Below, piece after piece: positions 29,856 to 37,782 of a stretch of DNA of 45,309 nucleotides. Under the pieces are notes generated by a model. The model made no database searches. It had not been told where the DNA came from and was given only the letters and a program-made list of their open reading frames with translations. The stretch comes from a bacterium (lineage in GTDB: Bacteria > Patescibacteriota > UBA1384 > DTJR01). The stretch spans positions 1-45,309 of the forward strand of contig JBDRAU010000082.1 in the NCBI GenBank assembly GCA_043823315.1, read 5' to 3'. Within the stretch, counting starts at the first letter, position 1, and each line of letters starts with the position of its first letter. The translations under genes were made by a program, and so were the position numbers.

Positions 29856-32339
29856 TTATACTACAAAGTTTACTATTTTGCCCTTTACAAAAATCGTTTT
29901 TTTAATTGTTCTGCCAACTAAGTGTTTCTTTATATTATCGAGTTTTTTTGCCTCTCCTACGATATTTTCTTCTTCCCCTTCGAAGTTAAGCAAAGCTCTG
30001 AATTTTCCATTTATTTGGACAGAATATATTGGAATTTTTGAAACAACCCTAACTTCAGGCCAACTACTATGAAAGATGGATTTTTCATTTAATTGCAAAA
30101 ACAAAGACTCACTCATGTGGGGCGCAAAGGGCGTGAGAAGCGTAAGAAATTCATTCCACTGCGATTTACCCAGTTTGCTGATGTCGTTATCGTTTGAAAA
30201 CTTCATCAGATCAGATACACCGGTGTTGAATAAGTTCTTTTCAATTTTCTCTGTTATGTTATTTGTCAGCCCTTGAAGATCGGCAGATGAATTGCTTTTT
30301 TGTGGTTTAAAGTTACTATAAATTTTTTCTAAAAACTTTCTTGTTCCTTTTATACCCTTAGTATTCCAAGTAGCACTTTGATCAAATGGGCCAATAAATA
30401 GCTCGTACATCCTCAAGGCATCAGCACCGTACTCATCAACTAACCCATCGGGGTTTACTACGTTTCCCTTGGACTTAGACATCTTTTGATTATCGGGACC
30501 CAGTATCAAGCCAACATTCCTGAGTTTTTTGAATGGCTCCACACTTTTAACTGCCTTTATATCAAAGAGGAATTTATGCCAAAATCTGGCGTACAGCAGG
30601 TGTAAAACCGCGTGTTCTGCTCCACCAATATAAAAATCTACGGGCAAGAAGTATTTATCGGCATTTTCAGAAATCAGCTCATTGTTATTTTTTGGGTCGG
30701 TAAATCTAAGGTAGTACCAAGAGGAACCTGCCCAGTTAGGCATAGTGTCAGTTTCTCTTTTTGCCGGTCCACTACAGTTTGGGCACTTTGTATTGACCCA
30801 ACTATCAATTTTGGCCAAAGGAGATTCTCCATCCCCGGTTGGCTCGTAACTTTCGATCTCAGGAAGCTCTAATGGCAAATCTTTTTCGTCAAGAGGAACC
30901 ACTCCGCATTTTTCGCAGTGCACGATCGGGATCGGTTCACCCCAATACCTTTGTCTCGAAAACACCCAGTCGCGGAGTTTGTAATTTATCGCAAATTTTC
31001 CGTGACCATTATCAATAAGTTTTTCAGTAATTTTCTTTTTGGCATCTTCGGAAGTCAGCCCATCAAATTCTTCGGAATTAATCAAAACACCGTAATCGAT
31101 AAATGCTTCTTCCGGATCTTTTAATTTTAAATTGTTATTTTGATCTTTGATTTTTGCACTTTGAATTACTTCAATTATTTCGATATTGTATTTTTTGGCA
31201 AATTTATAATCTCTGTCGTCATGCGCAGGAACTGCCATTACGGCGCCCGTACCATAAGATTCTAAAACGTAATCGGCAATCCAGATTTTTATTTCATTAC
31301 CGTTGATTGGGTTGATAGCCATAACTCCTTCAAGCTTGACCCCAGTTTTTTCCTTCTCAAGCTCGGCTCTTTCAAGATCAGATTTGTTCTTGATTTTCTC
31401 AATGTATTCTTCGACTTCGCTATAATTTGAGATCTTATCTTGTAATGATTTAACTAATTTATGCTCTGGCGCAAGGACAACATAGGTACAGCCAAATAAA
31501 GTATCGGCACGGGTAGTGTAAACCTCAATGCTACCCGCATTGTCATTGCGAGGAGGCTGATGACAATCAGGCGACGCGGCAATCCCTTCACAAGATTGCT
31601 TTGCTTCCTGCCTGCCGGCAGGCATGGCGCTCGCAATGACATCAAAACGAATATTACTTCCTTCACTGCGACCTATCCAGTTTCTCTGCATCTCTTTGAT
31701 TGCTTCGGGCCAGTCCAGTTCGTCAATATCATCCAAAAGCCGGTCGGCATATTCGGTAATTTTTAATACCCACTGTTTGAGTTTTTTCCTCTCCGCACGC
31801 GTATGGCACCTCACGCATTCACCACTTTGAACCTCTTCATTGGCGAGACCGGTTTTACATGAAGGACAAAAATTTATTTCAATATCGTCTTGATAAGCCA
31901 AGCCTTTTTCAAACAATTTTAGAAAAATCCATTGTGTCCACTTGTAATATTGTGGGTCAGTTGTGTCAATTTCTCGCGACCAATCATACGAATAACCAAG
32001 TGACTTTAATTGCTCCTTAAAATTTTTTATATTTGTCTTGACGACTTCCTGTGGATTCTTTTTGACCTTGATCGCATAGTTTTCAGCCGGTAGTCCAAAA
32101 GCGTCCCATCCCATTGGATGTAAAACATTATAACCCTTCAACCTCATATAATGAGCTATAGCATCGGAGGCACTGTAGCCCTTTGCATGGCCGACATGGA
32201 GACCTTCTCCGGAAGGGTAGGGAAACATATCTAAAATATAATATTTCTCTTTGTCTTTATCTAAATTACACTCAAAAGTTTTATTATCTTTCCAAAACCT
32301 TTGAATTTCGTTCTCTATTTTTTTGTGATTGTATTTCAT
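29856..32339 (-). CDS. leuS: Leucine--tRNA ligase, carrying an in-frame 33-codon repeat-element insertion
   Basis: 827 aa with the HIGH motif (GLHVGHAKGY), the KMSKS motif (QKMSKSKGN), and the CP1 editing-domain entry motif VYTTRADTLFG. Confidence 0.96.
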   Translation of the reverse strand: MKYNHKKIENEIQRFWKDNKTFECNLDKDKEKYYILDMFPYPSGEGLHVGHAKGYSASDAIAHYMRLKGYNVLHPMGWDAFGLPAENYAIKVKKNPQEVVKTNIKNFKEQLKSLGYSYDWSREIDTTDPQYYKWTQWIFLKLFEKGLAYQDDIEINFCPSCKTGLANEEVQSGECVRCHTRAERKKLKQWVLKITEYADRLLDDIDELDWPEAIKEMQRNWIGRSEGSNIRFDVIASAMPAGRQEAKQSCEGIAASPDCHQPPRNDNAGSIEVYTTRADTLFGCTYVVLAPEHKLVKSLQDKISNYSEVEEYIEKIKNKSDLERAELEKEKTGVKLEGVMAINPINGNEIKIWIADYVLESYGTGAVMAVPAHDDRDYKFAKKYNIEIIEVIQSAKIKDQNNNLKLKDPEEAFIDYGVLINSEEFDGLTSEDAKKKITEKLIDNGHGKFAINYKLRDWVFSRQRYWGEPIPIVHCEKCGVVPLDEKDLPLELPEIESYEPTGDGESPLAKIDSWVNTKCPNCSGPAKRETDTMPNWAGSSWYYLRFTDPKNNNELISENADKYFLPVDFYIGGAEHAVLHLLYARFWHKFLFDIKAVKSVEPFKKLRNVGLILGPDNQKMSKSKGNVVNPDGLVDEYGADALRMYELFIGPFDQSATWNTKGIKGTRKFLEKIYSNFKPQKSNSSADLQGLTNNITEKIEKNLFNTGVSDLMKFSNDNDISKLGKSQWNEFLTLLTPFAPHMSESLFLQLNEKSIFHSSWPEVRVVSKIPIYSVQINGKFRALLNFEGEEENIVGEAKKLDNIKKHLVGRTIKKTIFVKGKIVNFVV
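31542..31640 (-). repeat. 99-nt palindromic MITE/REP-like element inserted in-frame in leuS (codons 234-266)
   Basis: The termini GTCATTGCGAGG (31542-31553) and GCTCGCAATGAC (31629-31640) are inverted repeats. The inner motifs CGCGGCAATCCC and AGATTGCT match the intergenic repeat family. Length is 99 nt, or 33 codons: VIASAMPAGRQEAKQSCEGIAASPDCHQPPRND. Confidence 0.85.
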
Positions 32340-32497
32340 TGTCTAAATATACATTTTTTTTCGACTGGATTTGCCATCGAGTCCTCGCTTGCTAGCTCGG
32401 CTCTCCGGCCGGCCTCGGCGCCGTCGCGCCTCCGGCTTCAAATACATCTGCCCCAACTAAATTTCTGCCAGGCAGTAAACTGCCTGTCGGAAATTTC

Positions 32498-32572
32498 TGG
32501 TGGACCCGACTGGATTTGAACCAGCGACCTCCTGCATGCCATGCAGATGCTCTACCGCTGAGCTACGAGCCC
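32498..32572 (-). tRNA. tRNA-Ala (anticodon GGC), CCA encoded
   Basis: The reverse complement GGGCTCGTAGCTCAGCGGTAGAGCATCTGCATGGCATGCAGGAGGTCGCTGGTTCAAATCCAGTCGGGTCCACCA folds by hand into a cloverleaf. The anticodon loop is AUGGCAU, and the G3:U70 alanine identity pair is present. Confidence 0.9.
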
Positions 32573-32676
32573 AAACATATTTATTTTACGATTGTTATCT
32601 GTATTCACGTCGGGGCTACGAGCCCATCAACTAGTAACAGATTTTACCACAACTACTCCTGTTTTTCAACGATTTT

Positions 32677-34194
32677 TCAAATTAAAGATTCATCAAAATA
32701 TTTTGGGCTTTCAAATCCCGATAATTTTAAACAAGTCGAAGCCACATTACTTAATCTGCCACCATTTTTAATTCTAATTGACTTGTCTTGATCAACGATT
32801 ATGAAGGGAACCGGATTATTAGTATGTTCTGTATCAATTCCGCCATAAACGGGGTTCACCATTTGTTCCACGTTGCCATGATCGGCAGTAATAACCAAGG
32901 TAGTCTGAGTATCCAGACAAACCTGCGCCAGCTCTTTTAAGAGAGCGTCTATGGTTGATACCGCAGCTAATGCTGCCCTGAAGTCTCCGGTGTGTCCCAC
33001 CATGTCACCGTTTGCAAAGTTGCAGATATAAAAGTGATAATCAGAATTCTTAATATGTGAAACTAAAGCATTTTTTACTCCCTCTGCAGACATCTGCGGT
33101 TTCTGCGCATAAGAAGCAACAGAAGGGGATGGTATTAACAATCTATCCTCAAGTTTATACGGTGACTGTCTATTGCCATTAATAAAAAAAGTAACATGAG
33201 CAAATTTCTCAGTTTCCGCAATATGAAATTGCTTTAAATTATTAATCGCATAAAAACCTCCAATAGTATTGTCGATCGGTTTTGGAGCGAAGACAGACTT
33301 AGATGGAATGTTTAGTTCTTTTTCGATTCCATAGGGAATAAATGTTATTAAATTTAACTTTACAGTCTTGTTTCTTTTGAATCTATTGAAGTTATTGCTC
33401 ATCAGCGCTTGCGTCATTTGTCTAGTGCGATCAGATCTGAAATTGAAAAATATTAACGTGTCATCGTCTTGGAATCGAGCTGTATTGTTAATTATTATCG
33501 GAGATAAATATTCGTCTGTTTCACCCTCTCTATATGCTTGAGACATTGCGGAAAGGGCGTTTGTGGACTTCCTTCCTGTGCCAAACAGTAAGGCGTTGTA
33601 AGCCGCTAATGTTCTTAGCCAATTTCCTTTTCGGTCAAGCATAACCCTACCCATTATTGTAGCTATTTTGCCACAGCCGTTCTTGTTACAGGCTTTTTCA
33701 ACCTCATTAATCAAGTCGAGCCCATGATATGGCGCATTATCTCTCCCGTCTGTAAATAGATGAAGGAAAACCTTTTGATGTTTTAGTTCGCAGCTTAATT
33801 TAATCAGAGCTAAAAGATGATTAATATTAGCGTGGATACTTGCATCCGAGAGAATACCAAGTAAGTGCAAATTAGTTCCTTTTTGTTTAGATCCCTGGAT
33901 TGCTTCAATTAAGACTTTATTTTTAAAAAAATCTCCATCCTCTATGGATTTATTGATTACGGAAACAGCTTGTTCAATTATGTTTCCCGATCCCAGATTC
34001 ATATGTCCGACCTCTGAATTACCTACCTCATCTCCGGGTAATCCCACAAATGTACCCGATGCCTCCACGGTAGTGTTGGGGTATGTACGAAGCAATTTAT
34101 AAAAATTTGCCGGTCTTGCAGTTGAGACAGCATTACCCCCCCAGCTAGCAGCCACTCCCCAGCCATCCAAAATAATTAATGCTAGTTTTTTCAT
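32677..34194 (-). CDS. gpmI: 2,3-bisphosphoglycerate-independent phosphoglycerate mutase paralog (divergent copy)
   Basis: 505 aa with LIILDGWG, GNSEVGH (catalytic Ser), TDGRD, NFRSDR, FANGDMVGHTG, ITADHGN and EHTNNPVPF. Substrate-pocket motifs deviate: ASIHAN replaces GGVHSH, and VMLDRKGNWLR replaces YAMDRDKRWDR. Confidence 0.85.
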   Translation of the reverse strand: MKKLALIILDGWGVAASWGGNAVSTARPANFYKLLRTYPNTTVEASGTFVGLPGDEVGNSEVGHMNLGSGNIIEQAVSVINKSIEDGDFFKNKVLIEAIQGSKQKGTNLHLLGILSDASIHANINHLLALIKLSCELKHQKVFLHLFTDGRDNAPYHGLDLINEVEKACNKNGCGKIATIMGRVMLDRKGNWLRTLAAYNALLFGTGRKSTNALSAMSQAYREGETDEYLSPIIINNTARFQDDDTLIFFNFRSDRTRQMTQALMSNNFNRFKRNKTVKLNLITFIPYGIEKELNIPSKSVFAPKPIDNTIGGFYAINNLKQFHIAETEKFAHVTFFINGNRQSPYKLEDRLLIPSPSVASYAQKPQMSAEGVKNALVSHIKNSDYHFYICNFANGDMVGHTGDFRAALAAVSTIDALLKELAQVCLDTQTTLVITADHGNVEQMVNPVYGGIDTEHTNNPVPFIIVDQDKSIRIKNGGRLSNVASTCLKLSGFESPKYFDESLI

Positions 34195-35739
34195 TTAGCT
34201 CATCATCGATTTTAAATTTATGCCTGTCATTTCCTTCGGCTTACTAATACCCAAAGAATCTAGGACTGTTGGTGCAATATCAGCCAAAATCCCAATCGGA
34301 TCTTGGTTAAAAAAGTGCTCTTTATTGATGAGTTTCTTTTTCCTTTTTAAACTGCAGTTAATAAATGGGACAGGACTCAAAGAGTGTTCCTTGTTTGGTT
34401 TGCCCGATGCAAAATCTACCATCTCATCACAATTACCATGGTCGGATGTAATAAAAACATCATAATCGTTATGTAGAAGCGCCCCAACGCACTTACCCAG
34501 GGAATTGTCCAAGATGGTCAAGGCCTTTTTCGTTGCCTCAAAATTTCCAGAATGTCCGACCATGTCACCGTTAGCAAAATTAGCAGCGATAAAATTATAT
34601 CCCTTGCTTGATGCTTTAATTATTTCGTTTGAGATTTCTATTACTCTCATTTGTGGAAAAACATCGTAACTGGCTAATTTTTTGCTTGGAATTAAAATAT
34701 CCTCTTCTAGATGAAACTTTGTTCGATTTCCTCCAGAGAAGAAATAGGTTATGTGTGCAAACTTCTCGGTTTCAGCAATGTGAAGTTGACTGAGAGAATT
34801 TTTCGAGATTATTTCGCTTATGGGAAGTGTTAGTGAGTTAGTCTCGGGATTATTAAGTTCTATATTTGAAAAAAGTACGTTCAGCCCGAGGTTGTCATCG
34901 TATGTCGTCATCGAAAAAAAGTTTTGACAAAGACTTGTCCGTTTAATTTCTTTCAGGGATTTATCGACAAATGCTCTTGTAATTTGTACTGCCCTGTCGG
35001 AACGGTAGTTCGTAAAAATCATTACATCTTTTACGGGATCGAAAACCTTTCCCCCTAATGACACAGGGTCAAAGAATTCGTCTGTTTTTCCTGTCTTGTA
35101 ACTATCAGCAATAATATCTTCTGGTTTTACGATGGAGTTTTCCTTTCTTGTAATGGCATCATAGGCTGCTTGGGTTCTGTCCCAATTTTTATCCCTGTCC
35201 ATAGCGTAGAAGCGCCCCATGATTGAGCCGAAAGTTATCAGTTTTCCAACCTCTTTTTTTATTTGATCGAGAAACAAATTAGCAGATTTTTCTCCGACAT
35301 CTCTTCCATCGCAAATAATGTGCAAAACGATCTCTGCCTTTGGTCGAAGGCTTTTAATTATTTTTACGAGTCCCAATAGGTGTTTGATGTGACCATGCAC
35401 GCCTCCATTCGACATCAGAAAAAGCAGATGTACTTTTGAGCCATGATCTACTAAATTGAGTATTTTTATCAATTTAGACTTCTTTGCAATAGAGCCGTCG
35501 GTTATCGATTTAGTTATCTGCGGTAAGTCTTGCAGAACAATTCTTCCCATTCCAATTGTTGTGTGTCCGACTTCTGAACTTCCAAATTCACCCCACGGCA
35601 ACCCAACCTCCTCGGCTGAAGCTTTTAGCAAGCAATTAGGGAAATTTTCTACCATCAAATCAATATTCGGAGTTTTAGCGTTCAAAACAGCATTTCCCGT
35701 AACTTCTGGGGTTATACCAAAACCATCCAATATCAACAA
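34195..35739 (-). CDS. gpmI: 2,3-bisphosphoglycerate-independent phosphoglycerate mutase (canonical-looking copy)
   Basis: 514 aa with LLILDGFG, SSEVGH, NGGVHGH, CDGRD, GRFYAMDRDKNWDR, NYRSDR, FANGDMVGHSG, TSDHGN and EHSLSPVPF. The TTG start lies 18 nt after GGAGGG, so a non-canonical start further upstream (..INKVALLILDGFG) is possible. Confidence 0.9.
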   Translation of the reverse strand: MLILDGFGITPEVTGNAVLNAKTPNIDLMVENFPNCLLKASAEEVGLPWGEFGSSEVGHTTIGMGRIVLQDLPQITKSITDGSIAKKSKLIKILNLVDHGSKVHLLFLMSNGGVHGHIKHLLGLVKIIKSLRPKAEIVLHIICDGRDVGEKSANLFLDQIKKEVGKLITFGSIMGRFYAMDRDKNWDRTQAAYDAITRKENSIVKPEDIIADSYKTGKTDEFFDPVSLGGKVFDPVKDVMIFTNYRSDRAVQITRAFVDKSLKEIKRTSLCQNFFSMTTYDDNLGLNVLFSNIELNNPETNSLTLPISEIISKNSLSQLHIAETEKFAHITYFFSGGNRTKFHLEEDILIPSKKLASYDVFPQMRVIEISNEIIKASSKGYNFIAANFANGDMVGHSGNFEATKKALTILDNSLGKCVGALLHNDYDVFITSDHGNCDEMVDFASGKPNKEHSLSPVPFINCSLKRKKKLINKEHFFNQDPIGILADIAPTVLDSLGISKPKEMTGINLKSMMS

Positions 35740-35946
35740 AGCTACCTTATTGATTATCCCTCCTTCAAGGACGTATTTATATATAAAGGTTTGTCTTTAT
35801 CTTATCCGAGGACGGCTCTGTTGTAAACTACTGTATATATACAAATACGATATTTAAATGAAGGTGTTGGGGTTGATAGTTATTACTAAATAAAATAATA
35901 TTGAGTTGGAGTTATAATAAAAGATGGTTTTATTAGTGGAGGAAAA

Positions 35947-36726
35947 GTGAATATAGATTTAAGTGAAAAAATAGGACTATCGGTCACGCTCAACAAGGAG
36001 AATCGTCTTGAATTTGGCGCAGATGTCAAATTCGATGGAGAATCTATTAGAAGCATGGCAGATCTATCCGTTGTCGCTGCCGATGAAAACCTTAAACTTG
36101 ATAACGCTCCAGCATATTTTATGTATCGCAATGTTCACAAACAAGAAGACGAAGCAAAGCTAGTCGAAAATAAACAACGCTTTGACTTAACAGTTATTCC
36201 TCGGAACAGTCTTGGGGAAGAATTCATTAAAACCTCAGGACACTACCATCCCGAGAAACCCGGAACTGGCGTTGAATATCCCGAGCTCTACTATGTGATT
36301 TCAGGTCAAGCGACCTATCTAATGCAAAAGCACGAAAAGGACGGGTCGATCAGCGATGTGATTATTTCAAGAGTTAAGCCCGGCGAGGCAATCATAATGC
36401 CCTTGAACTACGGACATGTCACTATCAACGAACTTGACGAACCGCTAGTTATGGCTAACTGGGTGGAATCAAGTTTCTCCTCGGTATATGGCGATTACGA
36501 AAAAAAGAGAGGTGCGGCTTATTATCTAAAAACAGACGGGTTTGAAAAGAATCCTAACTACGAAAATGTGCCCGAGCTCAAAACTATGACAACGAATCCA
36601 TTGTCAATTATGGATCTGAAGGATACGCTAATTTATAGTTACGTAAATAAAATCGACAAAATTGAGTTAATTGCCAAACCGGAACTCCATCTCGATGATT
36701 TTAAGGTTGAAAATTTATTTAAATAA
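35947..36726 (+). CDS. Cupin-type (archaeal-type) glucose-6-phosphate isomerase family protein
   Basis: Contains LTVIPRNSLGEEFIKTSGHYHPEKPGTGVEYPELYYVISGQA and IIMPLNYGHVTINELDEPL. These match the T-x-GH-x-H...E and P-x-x-x-H-x-x-x-N metal motifs of Pyrococcus-type cPGI. The start is GTG after GGAGG. Confidence 0.6.
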   Translation: MNIDLSEKIGLSVTLNKENRLEFGADVKFDGESIRSMADLSVVAADENLKLDNAPAYFMYRNVHKQEDEAKLVENKQRFDLTVIPRNSLGEEFIKTSGHYHPEKPGTGVEYPELYYVISGQATYLMQKHEKDGSISDVIISRVKPGEAIIMPLNYGHVTINELDEPLVMANWVESSFSSVYGDYEKKRGAAYYLKTDGFEKNPNYENVPELKTMTTNPLSIMDLKDTLIYSYVNKIDKIELIAKPELHLDDFKVENLFK

Positions 36727-37197
36727 AAAAAATACTTACCCAAAAGTAAATATTATTTTTGGTAGAGTAACTGGGCCTGTTGCTTTTTGAACCAGTTACT
36801 GGGCTTTTCAAATAGCGTGAAAATGTTATTATACTAATATGAAAACATTCTTATTTATTGATGGCTTTTTCTTCACGTTTCCCTTACGGAATGTCTTTTA
36901 AAACCAACAAGCGTATTGTATTAGATTATCAGAAGTATTTTGTCAAAAAGGCATTGCCTCTATTTAAGAAAAAGCCAAAATACTTGCAGATTATTGATAT
37001 AGATGAGGATGTTAAAGTTTTGCATGTATAGAAAGACCCGACGCTCATCACGTCGGGTAAGTAATTTCAATATACTACAAATTTTCGCTAATGTCAACTG
37101 TTTGAAAGCATTAGCGTACCAATTATCGTCTGAAAAATTACCCTTATTCTTCCCTAATGTATCCTCTGTAAAAGGAGGATACATAACTTTATAAAAC

Positions 37198-37560
37198 GTC
37201 ATTGCGCGGTACTCCAACCTGCCCGCCCGCCTGCAGCGTTGCAGCAACTTCGGGCAGGCAATGCTTAAAGCATAACTTTTGCAGGCGGGAACAATCTGGA
37301 TTGCCACACCCAGTAGGACTCGCGATGACAAAGGGAAGGTGTCATTGCGCGGTTGGTTTGTCATTGCGCGGTTTTGGGGCGGAACCAAAACCTAATGTTT
37401 CCTCGAAGCAATCTGTTCAGATCGCCGCGCCAGTAGGCTCGCGATGACAAAGGGGAGTTGTCATTGCGCGGTTTGCGAGTGGAGCGCAAACCTAATGCTA
37501 TTACTCCGCGGCAATCCCTCACTGTTTATATTAGATTGCTTCTCTATGCTCGCGATGACA
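37198..37560. repeat. Cluster 1 of GTCATTGCG-type palindromic repeats (about 4 elements)
   Basis: GTCATTGCGCGG occurs at 37198, 37341, 37360 and 37460. The inverted end CTCGCGATGACA occurs at 37319, 37439 and 37549. Elements span 37198-37330, 37360-37450 and 37460-37560. Confidence 0.9.
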
Positions 37561-37671
37561 ACACTTCGGACATTCTGCTGACTTGCAACAGCCAAAAAGT
37601 GTCAACAAAAAACCAGCTCTTGACTGGTTAGATTCGAACTAAATTATTTAGTCTATGCTAATTAAAAGGTT

Positions 37672-37758
37672 TGGTGGGGATGGAGAGATTCGAACTCTCA
37701 TGGACTAACGCCCAATGGTTTTTGAGACCATCCTGTATACCAGTTCCAGCACATCCCC
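37672..37758 (-). tRNA. tRNA-Leu (anticodon CAA), type II with long variable arm, CCA encoded
   Basis: The reverse complement GGGGATGTGCTGGAACTGGTATACAGGATGGTCTCAAAAACCATTGGGCGTTAGTCCATGAGAGTTCGAATCTCTCCATCCCCACCA has anticodon stem ATGGT/ACCAT with loop CUCAAAA. The T-arm is GAGAG-TTCGAAT-CTCTC. Confidence 0.88.
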
Positions 37759-37782
37759 GCACCTGTTATTTTAGCAAGATTA

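Noticed and set aside
31542-31640. I considered whether the leuS insertion is an intein, an intron or programmed recoding.
   Set aside because: At 33 codons it is far too short for an intein and lacks intein splice-junction residues. It stays in frame with no stop, so no splicing or frameshift is needed. Its termini match the intergenic repeat family.
32340-32497. I considered a T-box riboswitch leader upstream of leuS.
   Set aside because: I could not find the conserved T-box sequence (AAnnnGGGTGGTACCGCG-like) or a specifier-loop architecture. The region is better explained by a tRNA-end duplication plus the GC-rich island.
36960-37447. ORFs 36960-37388 (-, 142 aa) and 37202-37447 (+, 81 aa).
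   Set aside because: They run through the repeat elements, and their peptides (..RAMT.., ..RNDT.., ..CHCAVGLSLRG..) are repeat translations. They have no SD sequence and their composition is unlike that of neighbouring genes.
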